The notes under the pieces were generated by a model. The model was not told the origin of the DNA and did no database searches. It worked only from the letters and a program-made list of their open reading frames with translations. This document shows positions 1 to 9,519 of a stretch of 42,497 nucleotides of DNA, piece by piece (the stretch's first letter is position 1; each line of letters begins with the position of its first letter). Source of the stretch: an uncultured Polyangiaceae bacterium (GTDB lineage Bacteria; Myxococcota_A; Polyangia; Polyangiales; Polyangiaceae); contig CAYLJT010000001.1 of NCBI GenBank assembly GCA_964383995.1, positions 1 through 42,497 of the forward strand, given 5' to 3'. Made by a program: the position numbers and the translations under genes.

Positions 1-720
1 TTTTTTCTTTTTCTTCTTGTCGCCCTGTTCAGCTGCCTTGGGGGCTTCCTGGGTGGCGTCTGCGGGCGCCTTTGTCTCGGACGCCTTGGACTCCGCCGCG
101 GCGCCTCCCACCTCCGTTGCCGACGCTTGAGCAGGCTCGGCCGCCTTGGGCGTGACGGGAACGGGCACGGTCGGGGAGATGCCAGCCAGCGCCTTGCGCA
201 TGATCCGACCCCTCGCCGAGCCACCGGGGGGCGCGGGCGAGACTCCGGCCGGCTGACCGGACATGACCCTGGACGCCGCCGCGTCGGCCTCCAGCTCGGC
301 GGGCTCGTTGGGCGTCGAAACCTCGCTCTTGGCGGCGAATCCACCCTCCCCGCCACCCTGCACGACGTGGCTTAGCTCGTGCGCGATCAGGCGGTCGCCG
401 CTGGGCGTGTCAGGGTTGTATTTGCCGGGTCCGAACGCGACGTCGTTGCCCTGGGTAAACGCCTCCGCCTGGTGGTCTTTGGCTGCGCTTGCCGCCTTGG
501 CGTCGTCGTGCACACGCACGTCTTCGAAGGACCTGCCGAACGAGCGCTCCATGCGGTCGCGCGTGGTCGGAGGTAGGGGCCTTCCGCCGGACAACGAGGT
601 GCCGGGGCTGCTTGTCTCGGACGTCGTGCTGTCGTGCGCGCTGGTGGCCTCCCGCGCCGGCGTCGGCGTGCTGGGTGCCTTCGTGACAGAAGGCGCTACG
701 CGGGAGGCAGCTTCGGCCAT
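1..720 (-). CDS. DUF4157 (HExxH-containing, eCIS-associated) domain protein, putative injected effector. Only the first 240 codons are present; the C-terminal part lies beyond base 1.
   Basis: Not in the ORF track because it is edge-truncated. Hand translation of the minus strand from ATG 720-718 gives MAEAASRVAPSVTKAPSTPT...LPPTTRDRMERSFGRSFEDVRVHDDAKAASAAKDHQAEAFTQGNDVAFGPGKYNPDTPSGDRLIAHELSHVVQGGG...AAEQGDKKKKKK, with no stop down to base 1. The ME..FG..F..VRVH.D..A...A.AFT.G.D..F..G.Y.P....G..L.AHEL.HV.Q block is the DUF4157 signature as I remember it. The start lies 3 nt after the upstream stop (724-726). Confidence 0.8.
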   Translation of the reverse strand, partial: MAEAASRVAPSVTKAPSTPTPAREATSAHDSTTSETSSPGTSLSGGRPLPPTTRDRMERSFGRSFEDVRVHDDAKAASAAKDHQAEAFTQGNDVAFGPGKYNPDTPSGDRLIAHELSHVVQGGGEGGFAAKSEVSTPNEPAELEADAAASRVMSGQPAGVSPAPPGGSARGRIMRKALAGISPTVPVPVTPKAAEPAQASATEVGGAAAESKASETKAPADATQEAPKAAEQGDKKKKKK

Positions 721-723
721 GGC

Positions 724-1437
724 TCAGTCGGGTAGAATGAGCGGGTTGGGCTTGCGCACAGGGATGGTACGCGCCTTCTCATCACGCTCCGCCGCCCGTG
801 CGAGCTTCTCGGCGACCACGTGCAGGTCGCGCTCCAGCGCCTCTGACTCCTGATCCAGCTTGTGTGCTGCGGCCATGAAGTGCTCTTGCGTGCGCTTGCC
901 GCGCACAAATGCGGAGCGGAGCGCTTCCTCCGCACCTACTTCTATCAGCAGCCCTAGACCTTGGTCGGACCCCATTTCAAAGCGTAGCCGCTCGATAATG
1001 AGATCGTTTCCGCCCAAGACAACGAGCAGACCTTCAGCGGGCGCGTTCAGCTCGAAGACGGCCACCCCAAGTTGGTTCGTCTTTTCTTCGAGCGAAGGCG
1101 GCTCGTTTGGTGAACGCTTCTCGTGAGTCAAGCCCACCCGAACACCGGGAAGCGGCATGCTGGGCCCGTCGCGGTCCACCCCGACGATGCGTACCGCTAG
1201 CAAGCCCGGCGGAACGTTTCGGGGCGCAGCCAAAGCCGCAACACGTATGTCCCTGGCGTAGTCTCGCGCCGCAGCCGCGACGCCTCCCGTCAGCTTGCCA
1301 AGCGCGGCCAGTTCGCGGCTCTCTGACTGCTTGGGCCGCCCTGGCTGTTCGACGGGTTTTGCCGGGTGCTTCCTCTTTTCGGCACCCGCGGTAATCTTGG
1401 AGCGGACACCGGACAGCATCTTCGCAGTGGGCTTCAT
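724..1437 (-). CDS. Hypothetical eCIS-locus protein with a basic N-terminus, a possible small beta-sandwich and a C-terminal coiled coil
   Basis: ORF track 724..1452, which begins at a TTG. I prefer ATG at 1437 (MKPTAKML...) because GGAG sits about 6 nt upstream (TGAACGGAGTCCCCATG) and this start avoids overlapping the upstream stop at 1449. GC-rich third positions. The C-terminus HKLDQESEALERDLHVVAEKLARAAERDEKA looks like a coiled coil. No family recognised. Confidence 0.6.
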   Translation of the reverse strand: MKPTAKMLSGVRSKITAGAEKRKHPAKPVEQPGRPKQSESRELAALGKLTGGVAAAARDYARDIRVAALAAPRNVPPGLLAVRIVGVDRDGPSMPLPGVRVGLTHEKRSPNEPPSLEEKTNQLGVAVFELNAPAEGLLVVLGGNDLIIERLRFEMGSDQGLGLLIEVGAEEALRSAFVRGKRTQEHFMAAAHKLDQESEALERDLHVVAEKLARAAERDEKARTIPVRKPNPLILPD

Positions 1438-1448
1438 GGGGACTCCGT

Positions 1449-4400
1449 TCAACCGAGGTCGAGGTTGTGAACGTTGATGGGACCGGGGACCGCGGCACCG
1501 AGGCCAAAATATTGGTAGGTAGCGTTGTCGCAGACAACCGAGTCCGGCGTGTAACGATTGACATTGAGAAACGCCCCGACGCGATTGTCGCTGACAAGCA
1601 CGGATGTGTAGACGGAGGGATACGCCTTGGCGTACACGGTCGGGTCGTATCCGCCAGTCGCGACGGTGCTTGGGTAGACATAGCCGACGAGCATGTTGCC
1701 CGCTACCCAGTTGCCCTCTACCTGTACGTCCATCGAATATTCGTTGGCGTAAAGAACAGGCACGGCCGCCTGGAGGTCTTCGAGCAGCTCAGCAACCTTC
1801 TTCCGGGTCTTGTCCAATACGAGCTCGAGCACCGATTTGCGTTCGCCCTTCTTGACGGCCACCTTGACGGGCGCGTTGTCAAGAGGCGCTGGCGCGTAAG
1901 ACGCCTCGGGAGCCTCCCGGCCCGACAAGACGCGCATTCGGCGGGCCACCGCCAGCGGGTTGGGACCTGCTGGCGCTGACGCCGGGACCTCGGGAGTCGG
2001 AGTGACATCGAGGAGCGTCGCGTCACGAGGAGGCTTCTTCTGGGGCTTTGCCTCGTCGGTCTTGAATGAGATCAGCTCTTTCAGCCAAGGCGCCTTTTCG
2101 ACAAGGTAGTGGTCCCAGAACTTCTCTGCCGTAAACCCAGGGTTGATGATGACAAGGTCGGTGTCGGGGAACACCCACAGGTCGGACTCGATATAATTGT
2201 CCTCGATCTGCCAGGAGCCGAAGAGCCTGGTAAGTTTGAGGCTCGGAGTGTCGTAGCCCCAGCGGATCGAATTGCCTCGGAGCACTCCGTAGCCGCAAGC
2301 GTCGGCGCTCAAGCCGCCACGGAAATGATTCCCTGACAGGCAAGGATAGTAGACCCCGATGAGCTGCGAGGTTGCCCCTTGAAAGTCGTTGTCTTGAAGC
2401 AGGAGGTCGTAATATGACGCTTCGCCAGTGGCGGCGTCGACGGAGAGCGGCACGATGCCCGTATTCGAACGCACGACGTTTCCAATGAGGCGGCCGTAGG
2501 AGTTTCCGATATACAGGGTGCCCGAAGACAGACTGATACCCGTAGTCGCTTCGAAGGTACCCGAGTAGCCCACCAGATCAAAGTGAACGAGGTTGTTCTC
2601 CACGATGGGCGCCAGAGCTTCCCAAAGCAAGATACCGGTCCGCGGCACGGGACTGCCTGTCTCTGCGGGCTCCACGTTTCCCGTGATCGTGTTGCGCCGG
2701 ACCTCGAAGCCGCCCCCGTGAACCACGACACCTGCCCTTGCGTGGGTTACGGTGTTGTCTTCGATGCGGAAGCTCAACGGGCCTTCGAAGCTGAAGTTGA
2801 AATTACCATCGTTGCCGCTGTTGAGGAGGCTCTGCTCCACCAGCAACGCGGCAATTCCAACGTTGGTGTTGTTGCCGTCCACCGTGTTGTGGTCGACCAT
2901 GATCCGCGCCCATGAGCCGTAGACCACCGGAGGTGGCCCGTTGTCAGCAGGTTGCGCCGCACCAAACAAGATACCGGCGCTGAACGAGATCGCGGTGTCC
3001 GACGCAAGGCCGCCCGAGTAGCCGGCGACGTCTATGCGATTGCTGGAGATGCGTAGGTCACGGAAGTCGGAATACCCGTACTTGTCGGTTGGCAGCGCAG
3101 CAAGGGCCGAATCCGCGCCGAGCACGATGCCTGCCGCGCCCTGAACGCGGCACTGCTCGACGGTGCTATCGTTCACATTCCAGGGCAGATGCAGGGCAAT
3201 GCCCTCGTACGCAATAAGGTAGGTGCCTTCGATGCGTGACTGGTCCAGCTCGTCCATACGAGCGCCGAGGGCAATCCCGAGAAAGACATCGTTTGTGGAG
3301 TTGAACAGAGAAACGGTGCCGAAACGAACAGCGACATAGGCTATGATAACGTTGCCTTCGCTGTCGAAGAGCACCGAATTCTGCAACAAGAGACCCGTGC
3401 CCGCGGTCGGTTGGGCAATTGTGTTGTAGTCGAGGGCCGTCTCCACAATGGCATTGATGGCTACCGGGAGGCTGTCCGAAGGAATCCCGGTGACACTGGC
3501 CCGCACCGTGTCATTGAGCGTCATCGAGATGGTGGAGCCACGCATGTCACCCCGACCGAGCACCGTCGCCGAGACACCGCCGGTTTCGCCCACCAGAACA
3601 CAGCGGTCGATGTGAGCGCCCCACACATAGTCGATCACGACCGGCCACGGGGCAACGATGGTCGTCTCCTCCAAAGAAAGGCTTGGCAGTGGCAGCTTGA
3701 CCTTGATTCCCTTGGTGGTCCACGGGTCCGGAGCCAAGGGATCGACGGTCGACGGATCGCCGTCCCCGATGCGAATCCCGTACTTGCCCTTGCCCGTATG
3801 GACGAGGGCCGAGGACTTCACCGTTAGCGCGCTGTAGGACAAGCCGCCGAGGGGGTAGGTTACGTGGACAATCGAGCCGGCGATTGCCGTCGCATGAACA
3901 ACGAGATCGACGAGGGTGAGCTCGCCAGCGGGCGACTTGGTGTCGGTCGGCCCAATCACCACGAAGCCGTCGGCGCCCTCTCCGTTGCACACGATGACCG
4001 CTTCGGGGCAGCCCTGGATGGTGACCGTCTTGCCGAGGATCTTGACCGACGACTGGAAGGTGTACACGCCCGCCTTGAGGCAGATCGTGCCTCCCGTGGG
4101 GAGATCGTCCACCACCGCTTGCACGCGCGCTGCGTCGTCGACGAGGGACTTGGAGGGCTCCAGGAAGGCTGTGCAACAGCCGCCCTCGTCGACCAAGGTG
4201 TAGAGCTCGTCGATGGCCTCCTGGACGGTGTCGGCGGTCGTGCCCGACTTGGCGCCGTCGTAGGCGATGTCGTCCGCCTCCAGATCGCAGAGGGCAGAAA
4301 ACTGGTGCTCACACCAGTGGTGGAGCAAGAGCGGCGTGGTCGACGTGCTGTACTCCAACAGAGCCAGGGGCGCGAAGAGGCGCTCCGGTCCGTGGGGTGA

Positions 4401-6044
4401 GGCTTGCCATGTGCCGTTCGCGTTGTCCTTGTTTCGCCGAGCCTCGTATTGCCAGTAGTCGCCGGGGCGGAAGCCCGTGCCGCCGAGGGTGATGGTGATG
4501 CCGTCGCCCAGATCGAAGCCGGAGACGGCGCCGGTGGTGTCGCAGAGACCGCTCCAGCGACGCACCTTGAGGCCCGGCTTGGGGTCTCCCATGCCGTCCA
4601 CGAAGGCGCTGATGTCGGCGGGCGCCTTGCTGGTCAGATCGAGCAGTTGAACCTGGGAGGTCTTGCTGGTGGTCTCGATGTAGTACAGCGTGCCGACCCG
4701 GCGTTGCGCAGGGGTGAAGATGCCGGTTCCGACGTCCGCGACGCCGAGGTCCTGGTCGCCCAGATCGGTGGCCTCGTAGAGCAGCTCCACGAGGTCGCCG
4801 TCCTCCAGGGTGACGCTCCCGCTGACGGTGGCGAGGCCTGTCGTGGCGTCGTCCACACTGAGCACCGTGGACAGGTCCGCGCCGTTGTTCTTCGACCACT
4901 TGAGGACGGCGGCGCCGATGTTGCCACCTACGTGCACCTCGAAGCGGTAGAAACGATTTTCTCCGCCCGTATAGCCTCCATCCGCGGGGATGGCGCAGGG
5001 GTCGGGATCGCTGGCAGAGGGCGTCGTGGTGACCGTCAGGGTTGCCGCGCCGCGGTCGATGTTGTCGAACACGCCGCAGGCGATTTCGCCTGTGATCTCG
5101 AACTCGGCGCCGCCCGTGTTGACGACGGTCGCCCACTTGACCTGACCTATCGCCTCGGTTCGCAGGGTGGTGTCAAGGGTGCCTCCGAGGGCCTGTTCGA
5201 GGATGCCCGCGTCTTCGACGGTGGTGATCTGGCGTTCCCAACCTTCCAGGTAGGCTACCAGGTAGGTGGCGCCGGTGAGCTCGGACGAAAACGCGTCGAA
5301 GCCCGCGGCTGCGGGGAATGTCGTCTCGGGGTAGGTGCCGTCGGCGGGGCCATGCTCGACCTCCAAGCCGTCCAGGTAGAAGCGGCCGGCGGTGAACCAG
5401 AAGGTCGGCTCGACCCCCGCGGCCTGGACGCCCTCGATGAGCCCGATCCACGCTTCGTTCGACGCTCCGGAGGCCGCGAAGCCCAGCTCCAACGTCGAGT
5501 ACGAGGTGATTCCGAGGCCGGCAACGTCGATGTCGTAGACGTCGAAGCTGCCCGTGCCGAGACCTGGGGAGATGCCGGCAAGGTTACCGTCGATCTTGAG
5601 CAGGAGCTGCGCCCCTGTAGGGATTTGCGCCCAAATCCGCAGGGTCGGAAAGTCGGCGGTGGTCAGGGTCATGCGACCCTGCACCGTCACGGTGCCCGCA
5701 GCCGCGGTGCAGTCCAGGTAGAGCGCCGGGTAGCGCTCCAGGTACTTGATGGCATGATCGCGAAACGCGCGGAACGCGTCGCCGAGCGCCGGTAGCCCGG
5801 ACACGTCGTCGAGCGTCTCGAAGAACGCGAACAGCGGACCCGGCGTAACGATGTAGCCGAGGTCGGGACTGCCCAACTTGCAGCCGACGTCGCCGGCCAG
5901 ATCGCGCAACAATCGATCGTAGGCGTCGACGCTCGCTGCGATGTCGCTGTCGAGGAGCAGTCGACCCTCTTGGAGCAGCACTCTGCGGTACTTCTCGCCC
6001 CGCTTTCGGTCGGGCGTGTGACCTCTCGAAAAGTCGCCTTTCAT
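1449..6044 (-). CDS. Giant (1531 aa) tail-fibre/tailspike-like protein: conserved eCIS N-terminal domain plus right-handed parallel beta-helix repeats
   Basis: ORF track. The N-terminus MKGDFSRGHTPDRKRGEKYRRVLLQEGRLLLDSDIAASVDAYDR matches the MKGDFSR...QQGR..LDAD motif I associate with DUF6519 proteins in eCIS loci (from memory, unverified). The central and C-terminal parts carry many PbH1-like turns: SSNRIDV, DHNTVDGNN, EDNTVTHA, RRNTITGN, ENNLVHF, GNVVRSN, LQDNDFQG, SGNHFRG, RGNSIRW, IEDNYIE. It sits directly after the gpI-like gene, where P2 has its fibre gene H. Confidence 0.75.
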   Translation of the reverse strand: MKGDFSRGHTPDRKRGEKYRRVLLQEGRLLLDSDIAASVDAYDRLLRDLAGDVGCKLGSPDLGYIVTPGPLFAFFETLDDVSGLPALGDAFRAFRDHAIKYLERYPALYLDCTAAAGTVTVQGRMTLTTADFPTLRIWAQIPTGAQLLLKIDGNLAGISPGLGTGSFDVYDIDVAGLGITSYSTLELGFAASGASNEAWIGLIEGVQAAGVEPTFWFTAGRFYLDGLEVEHGPADGTYPETTFPAAAGFDAFSSELTGATYLVAYLEGWERQITTVEDAGILEQALGGTLDTTLRTEAIGQVKWATVVNTGGAEFEITGEIACGVFDNIDRGAATLTVTTTPSASDPDPCAIPADGGYTGGENRFYRFEVHVGGNIGAAVLKWSKNNGADLSTVLSVDDATTGLATVSGSVTLEDGDLVELLYEATDLGDQDLGVADVGTGIFTPAQRRVGTLYYIETTSKTSQVQLLDLTSKAPADISAFVDGMGDPKPGLKVRRWSGLCDTTGAVSGFDLGDGITITLGGTGFRPGDYWQYEARRNKDNANGTWQASPHGPERLFAPLALLEYSTSTTPLLLHHWCEHQFSALCDLEADDIAYDGAKSGTTADTVQEAIDELYTLVDEGGCCTAFLEPSKSLVDDAARVQAVVDDLPTGGTICLKAGVYTFQSSVKILGKTVTIQGCPEAVIVCNGEGADGFVVIGPTDTKSPAGELTLVDLVVHATAIAGSIVHVTYPLGGLSYSALTVKSSALVHTGKGKYGIRIGDGDPSTVDPLAPDPWTTKGIKVKLPLPSLSLEETTIVAPWPVVIDYVWGAHIDRCVLVGETGGVSATVLGRGDMRGSTISMTLNDTVRASVTGIPSDSLPVAINAIVETALDYNTIAQPTAGTGLLLQNSVLFDSEGNVIIAYVAVRFGTVSLFNSTNDVFLGIALGARMDELDQSRIEGTYLIAYEGIALHLPWNVNDSTVEQCRVQGAAGIVLGADSALAALPTDKYGYSDFRDLRISSNRIDVAGYSGGLASDTAISFSAGILFGAAQPADNGPPPVVYGSWARIMVDHNTVDGNNTNVGIAALLVEQSLLNSGNDGNFNFSFEGPLSFRIEDNTVTHARAGVVVHGGGFEVRRNTITGNVEPAETGSPVPRTGILLWEALAPIVENNLVHFDLVGYSGTFEATTGISLSSGTLYIGNSYGRLIGNVVRSNTGIVPLSVDAATGEASYYDLLLQDNDFQGATSQLIGVYYPCLSGNHFRGGLSADACGYGVLRGNSIRWGYDTPSLKLTRLFGSWQIEDNYIESDLWVFPDTDLVIINPGFTAEKFWDHYLVEKAPWLKELISFKTDEAKPQKKPPRDATLLDVTPTPEVPASAPAGPNPLAVARRMRVLSGREAPEASYAPAPLDNAPVKVAVKKGERKSVLELVLDKTRKKVAELLEDLQAAVPVLYANEYSMDVQVEGNWVAGNMLVGYVYPSTVATGGYDPTVYAKAYPSVYTSVLVSDNRVGAFLNVNRYTPDSVVCDNATYQYFGLGAAVPGPINVHNLDLG

Positions 6045-6117
6045 CGTCGTTTCCCTTCGAACCGCGTCCTCGAACTGGCGCCCCCAAGGGGAGCCTCAAA
6101 AACCATTACGGGGCCCA

Positions 6118-9100
6118 TTAGTCGAGCCTCAACACGCCAGTGATGAGCCCCGCAGGTGCATATTCCACCAAGCGTCGACCCACACCTTCCATCCGTTGCA
6201 CGAGCCGCGCGTCGTGGAAGGCGCCCATCTCCGAGCCGTCTTCCGCGCCGCGGGTGATCGACCTGTCACAAACCTCGGAGAGCCGAGCGTGGGCGGGATC
6301 GTGCCGATCGCGCGTGACGAAACGAGGTCGTTCCCGGGTCGCCTGCTCGGGGTCGTCGGGATCACCCACCACCCGGTGGCGCCGTGGCAGGACGCTCCCA
6401 GGCTCCACACGGCTGTAGCGAATGCAGCCTTCGAAGCGATTCTGCACCAACACCTTGTCGGTAAAGATGCACTCCGACGCTTCGAGCACCAGAACGTGGG
6501 TGCCAATGCCGCTCGGTAGCAGGTCTTCCTGTTTGGTGATGACCGTGACCCGATCGAGCTCGACTCGGGCGAGAACGGCGTTGATTCCGGGGCCGCCCCC
6601 CGCGGCGTCCACCACGCTGTCCGACATCACGAGCTTGGCGCGGTCCGTGAGGCGGATGTGTGGGGTGACCGAGCGCGTCACCGTGAACGTGCGCTTTCCG
6701 CGATCGTCGCCTTGAAAACGCCAGGAGCCGCTGGCATCGAGCGCGGAGCAGAGCAAGACGCGCGTCTCGCCGGTAGGCGGAAACAGCACTTGCTTATTGG
6801 GATGGCTGATGGCAAGGCCGCGCAGCGTCAGCAGGTCGTAGCTGGTCGCAGGCTCCGCATCCCAATCCGCAGACAGCACCAGCACCGGGCGCTCTCCTTC
6901 CGCTGCCTGAATGGTTAGAGCGGTGATCGAAGCGGGCCAGAGCGGCGCCTCGTCGTAGGTGGCGCTGTCTTCGATCTGGACGACCTCCTTTCTGGAAGCC
7001 GCGGGGCTTGCCGAAATGGCGGCAAGGGCGTCGGTCAACGTCGCGTAGCGAGGCAGGCTGTGGTAGGTGCTGTTCGCGTCGGCGTCGAAACGTCCGAGAC
7101 CGACGACGAGACGCGTGGGGGTTTCCAAGGCCTCATCGAGCACCGGCGAGCGCGGCGCGGGGCGCGCCCCGACGTGCATCGAGTAACCTTCCTGGTAGTC
7201 CACGGTGACGGAGGGAGGGGTCAAAAGGGCCTCCACGGAGGTGGAGCAGACCGGGATGTCGTCGCCCTTCGAGAAGGCGAACAAGCCGTGGGCGGGGTCG
7301 ATATCCAGGAAGCCGTCGGGCGTGGCCGCGTGCTTGAGCGTCAAGGTCTCGTTCTCCCACGGGCACAGCGTGCGTTGGCGGATCCGCCGTCGCCGCTGGG
7401 TCTTTGCGCCCTTGAGCGGCGCCACATTGCCGTAGGATTGGCGCGCCACGCCGAGGCTGCCCAAGGGGTGGGTCGAGCCATCGTCGCCGATGGTCACCGC
7501 GTCGCTCGCGAAGGCGAGCACATTGGCCCAATTGGTGTTGGTGTTGGTGGTCGCCTCCAACGTGGGTAGGTGGATCAAGATGGCGTTTCCCTCGTCGTCG
7601 GTGGCCACCATCTCGCAGGGGGGCAACACGGTGTGGTCGGTGTCCGCCTCGAAGCGCGCCACGATCTCCACGCTGGCCGCGTTGCTGTCGACGTAGCTGG
7701 CGAGGCTCGACAGCGCCGCCTGCACGCCGCTCGCGGTGGTCGCTGCGACCAGCGACGCGTCGTAGACGGTAAACGTGGTGGCGCTGGTGGGGTCGTCGCC
7801 CGTCCAGTCGAGGCTCAGGAAGGGTCGGTAGGCGTTGCGCACCTTGACAGCCAAAACGATGCTCATTTTGGAGGTCGCGAGGGCTGCTGAGTACACGCCC
7901 GCGGTGTCCACCAACGCCTTGCCACCATGAAGCACGGCCGGTCCCGCTACCGGTGCCGGGGGCGCACCTTGCCAACCGTCGACGGACGCCGTGCCTGGCA
8001 GGGCGGGCCAAGCCGGTCCAGGCCCCAAGCTCAGCGCGGAGCCCGTAAGAACGAGCCCCGAGGTGCCTTGCGTCAAGGCGACGTCGGGGTCGGCCCCGGT
8101 GGCCTTGGCGGCGCTCGACTGGGCATCGAACACACTTCCGTCGGCGGCAAGGTAGAACCACCTCGCACCGCGCACCCAGGTGCCCGGGACCTCCACCACA
8201 AGCGCGCCGCGCAGAAAGCCGAGCGACGCAAGGGATGCCGTCGATGAGCCCAACAGGGCGCCTAGCGCCGAGCACGCGATTTCCAGCGTCGCGCCTGGAA
8301 AATAGGCGGCCGGTGCGGCGGAGGGGGTCAGACGTAACATGGCGACGTAGGGCGCCGCGACCGCCGTGTTGCCCGTGGGTAGAGCCGTTCCACCGCTGAT
8401 GTCGAGCTGAATGCCACCGCGCACCTGGGCGCCCGTGGCGTCGGGCGTGTCCGCCGTACCGCTTCCAACATCTACCAAGGGCACGGCAAACAGCTCCACA
8501 TCGACGGGCCCCATCCAGCGCTCGGTCCCTTGATCCAGGAGCACGAAGGCCGCGGTGTCGTCCACGAGGGCCGTCTCTGCGGGCAAGAGCGACGCGGAAC
8601 GGGCGAGCGCGGCGGGGCTCGCGACCCCCGCGGTGAGGCCCAAAAGGCGCACGGTAAAGCGGGCGTTGCTGCTGCCTTCCTGGTCGAAGTAGGTGCCCGG
8701 CGAGGCCGCGAAATGCATGGGCGGAACGCGATCCGTGGCCAGCGTGTCGCTCAGGTCGGAACGCCGAACGCGCAGGGCCACCTGTTCACCTAGCGGGTGA
8801 AAAACGTAGCGCAGGTCGACGTAGGGCGGTGGCAAGGTCGGGTCCGGGTGGACCCACGCCTTGGCTTGGCCTTCGCGCAGCGGAAAATACAGGGTCGGAT
8901 GCGTCCAATGCGCCAAGTGCTTCGGGTGGTAACGGCCTTCGGTCTCGGTGGGTCGACGCGGATCCACCGCGTGAAACAGCGCGTCGAGCGGGCCCGCGCC
9001 CTGCTCCGCCACCACCGCCGGACGCAAGTCGGGCACGGTCCGCGCGAGGCGAAGTAGGTTCAGGTCCTGCGTCATCAAGATGCGCTTCCAACCCTCCTGG

Positions 9101-9516
9101 GTCACCACCATCTTTCCAGACAGGTCGCTCGCCATCTCCTGCAGCACCCCGGGCGTGCCCTTGCGGCGGCGCCAACCCATGGTTCCGCGCACATCCCGGC
9201 GGTTGGTCACCGCGTCGGGAAACACGAGCTTCATGCCGATCATGTCGGCCAGGTAAGGCAAGACCCAGTCGGCGCACTTGTCGATGAACAGGTCGGCGTG
9301 CAGCTCTTCGACGTTCTGTCGGGCTTCGGCCAGGGGCGCCGCCAGCACATGCAAGAACTTGAACAGCGGCTCGGTGCCTTCCGGAGCGTTCAGCTTCAGC
9401 GGCTCGTCCGTGCCCTCGGCCATGTCCCGGATGCGGTACAGCGACGGCAAGAGGTCGTAGAGCAGGTCCGCGACGCGGGCGCGCAGGGCGGGATCGAAGG
9501 GGTAGCTGGTCGCCAT
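6118..9516 (-). CDS. Phage tail protein I-like (P2 gpI / TIGR02242-type N-terminal domain) baseplate protein with a long C-terminal extension (1132 aa)
   Basis: ORF track. The N-terminus ...LLPSLYRIRDMAEG...LFKFLHVLAAPLAEARQNVEELHADLFIDKCADWVLPYLADMIGMKL...RRDVRGTMGWRRRKGTPGVLQEM resembles the gpI-type 'phage tail protein' domain. The ATG at 9516 is 3 nt after the upstream stop. Confidence 0.75.
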   Translation of the reverse strand: MATSYPFDPALRARVADLLYDLLPSLYRIRDMAEGTDEPLKLNAPEGTEPLFKFLHVLAAPLAEARQNVEELHADLFIDKCADWVLPYLADMIGMKLVFPDAVTNRRDVRGTMGWRRRKGTPGVLQEMASDLSGKMVVTQEGWKRILMTQDLNLLRLARTVPDLRPAVVAEQGAGPLDALFHAVDPRRPTETEGRYHPKHLAHWTHPTLYFPLREGQAKAWVHPDPTLPPPYVDLRYVFHPLGEQVALRVRRSDLSDTLATDRVPPMHFAASPGTYFDQEGSSNARFTVRLLGLTAGVASPAALARSASLLPAETALVDDTAAFVLLDQGTERWMGPVDVELFAVPLVDVGSGTADTPDATGAQVRGGIQLDISGGTALPTGNTAVAAPYVAMLRLTPSAAPAAYFPGATLEIACSALGALLGSSTASLASLGFLRGALVVEVPGTWVRGARWFYLAADGSVFDAQSSAAKATGADPDVALTQGTSGLVLTGSALSLGPGPAWPALPGTASVDGWQGAPPAPVAGPAVLHGGKALVDTAGVYSAALATSKMSIVLAVKVRNAYRPFLSLDWTGDDPTSATTFTVYDASLVAATTASGVQAALSSLASYVDSNAASVEIVARFEADTDHTVLPPCEMVATDDEGNAILIHLPTLEATTNTNTNWANVLAFASDAVTIGDDGSTHPLGSLGVARQSYGNVAPLKGAKTQRRRRIRQRTLCPWENETLTLKHAATPDGFLDIDPAHGLFAFSKGDDIPVCSTSVEALLTPPSVTVDYQEGYSMHVGARPAPRSPVLDEALETPTRLVVGLGRFDADANSTYHSLPRYATLTDALAAISASPAASRKEVVQIEDSATYDEAPLWPASITALTIQAAEGERPVLVLSADWDAEPATSYDLLTLRGLAISHPNKQVLFPPTGETRVLLCSALDASGSWRFQGDDRGKRTFTVTRSVTPHIRLTDRAKLVMSDSVVDAAGGGPGINAVLARVELDRVTVITKQEDLLPSGIGTHVLVLEASECIFTDKVLVQNRFEGCIRYSRVEPGSVLPRRHRVVGDPDDPEQATRERPRFVTRDRHDPAHARLSEVCDRSITRGAEDGSEMGAFHDARLVQRMEGVGRRLVEYAPAGLITGVLRLD

Positions 9517-9519
9517 GGC

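Noticed and set aside
1-60. T-rich run at the very start of the window as a terminator or poly-T signal
   Set aside because: On the minus strand it encodes an in-frame lysine run (…EQGDKKKKKK) within the DUF4157 protein linker, and the frame stays open.
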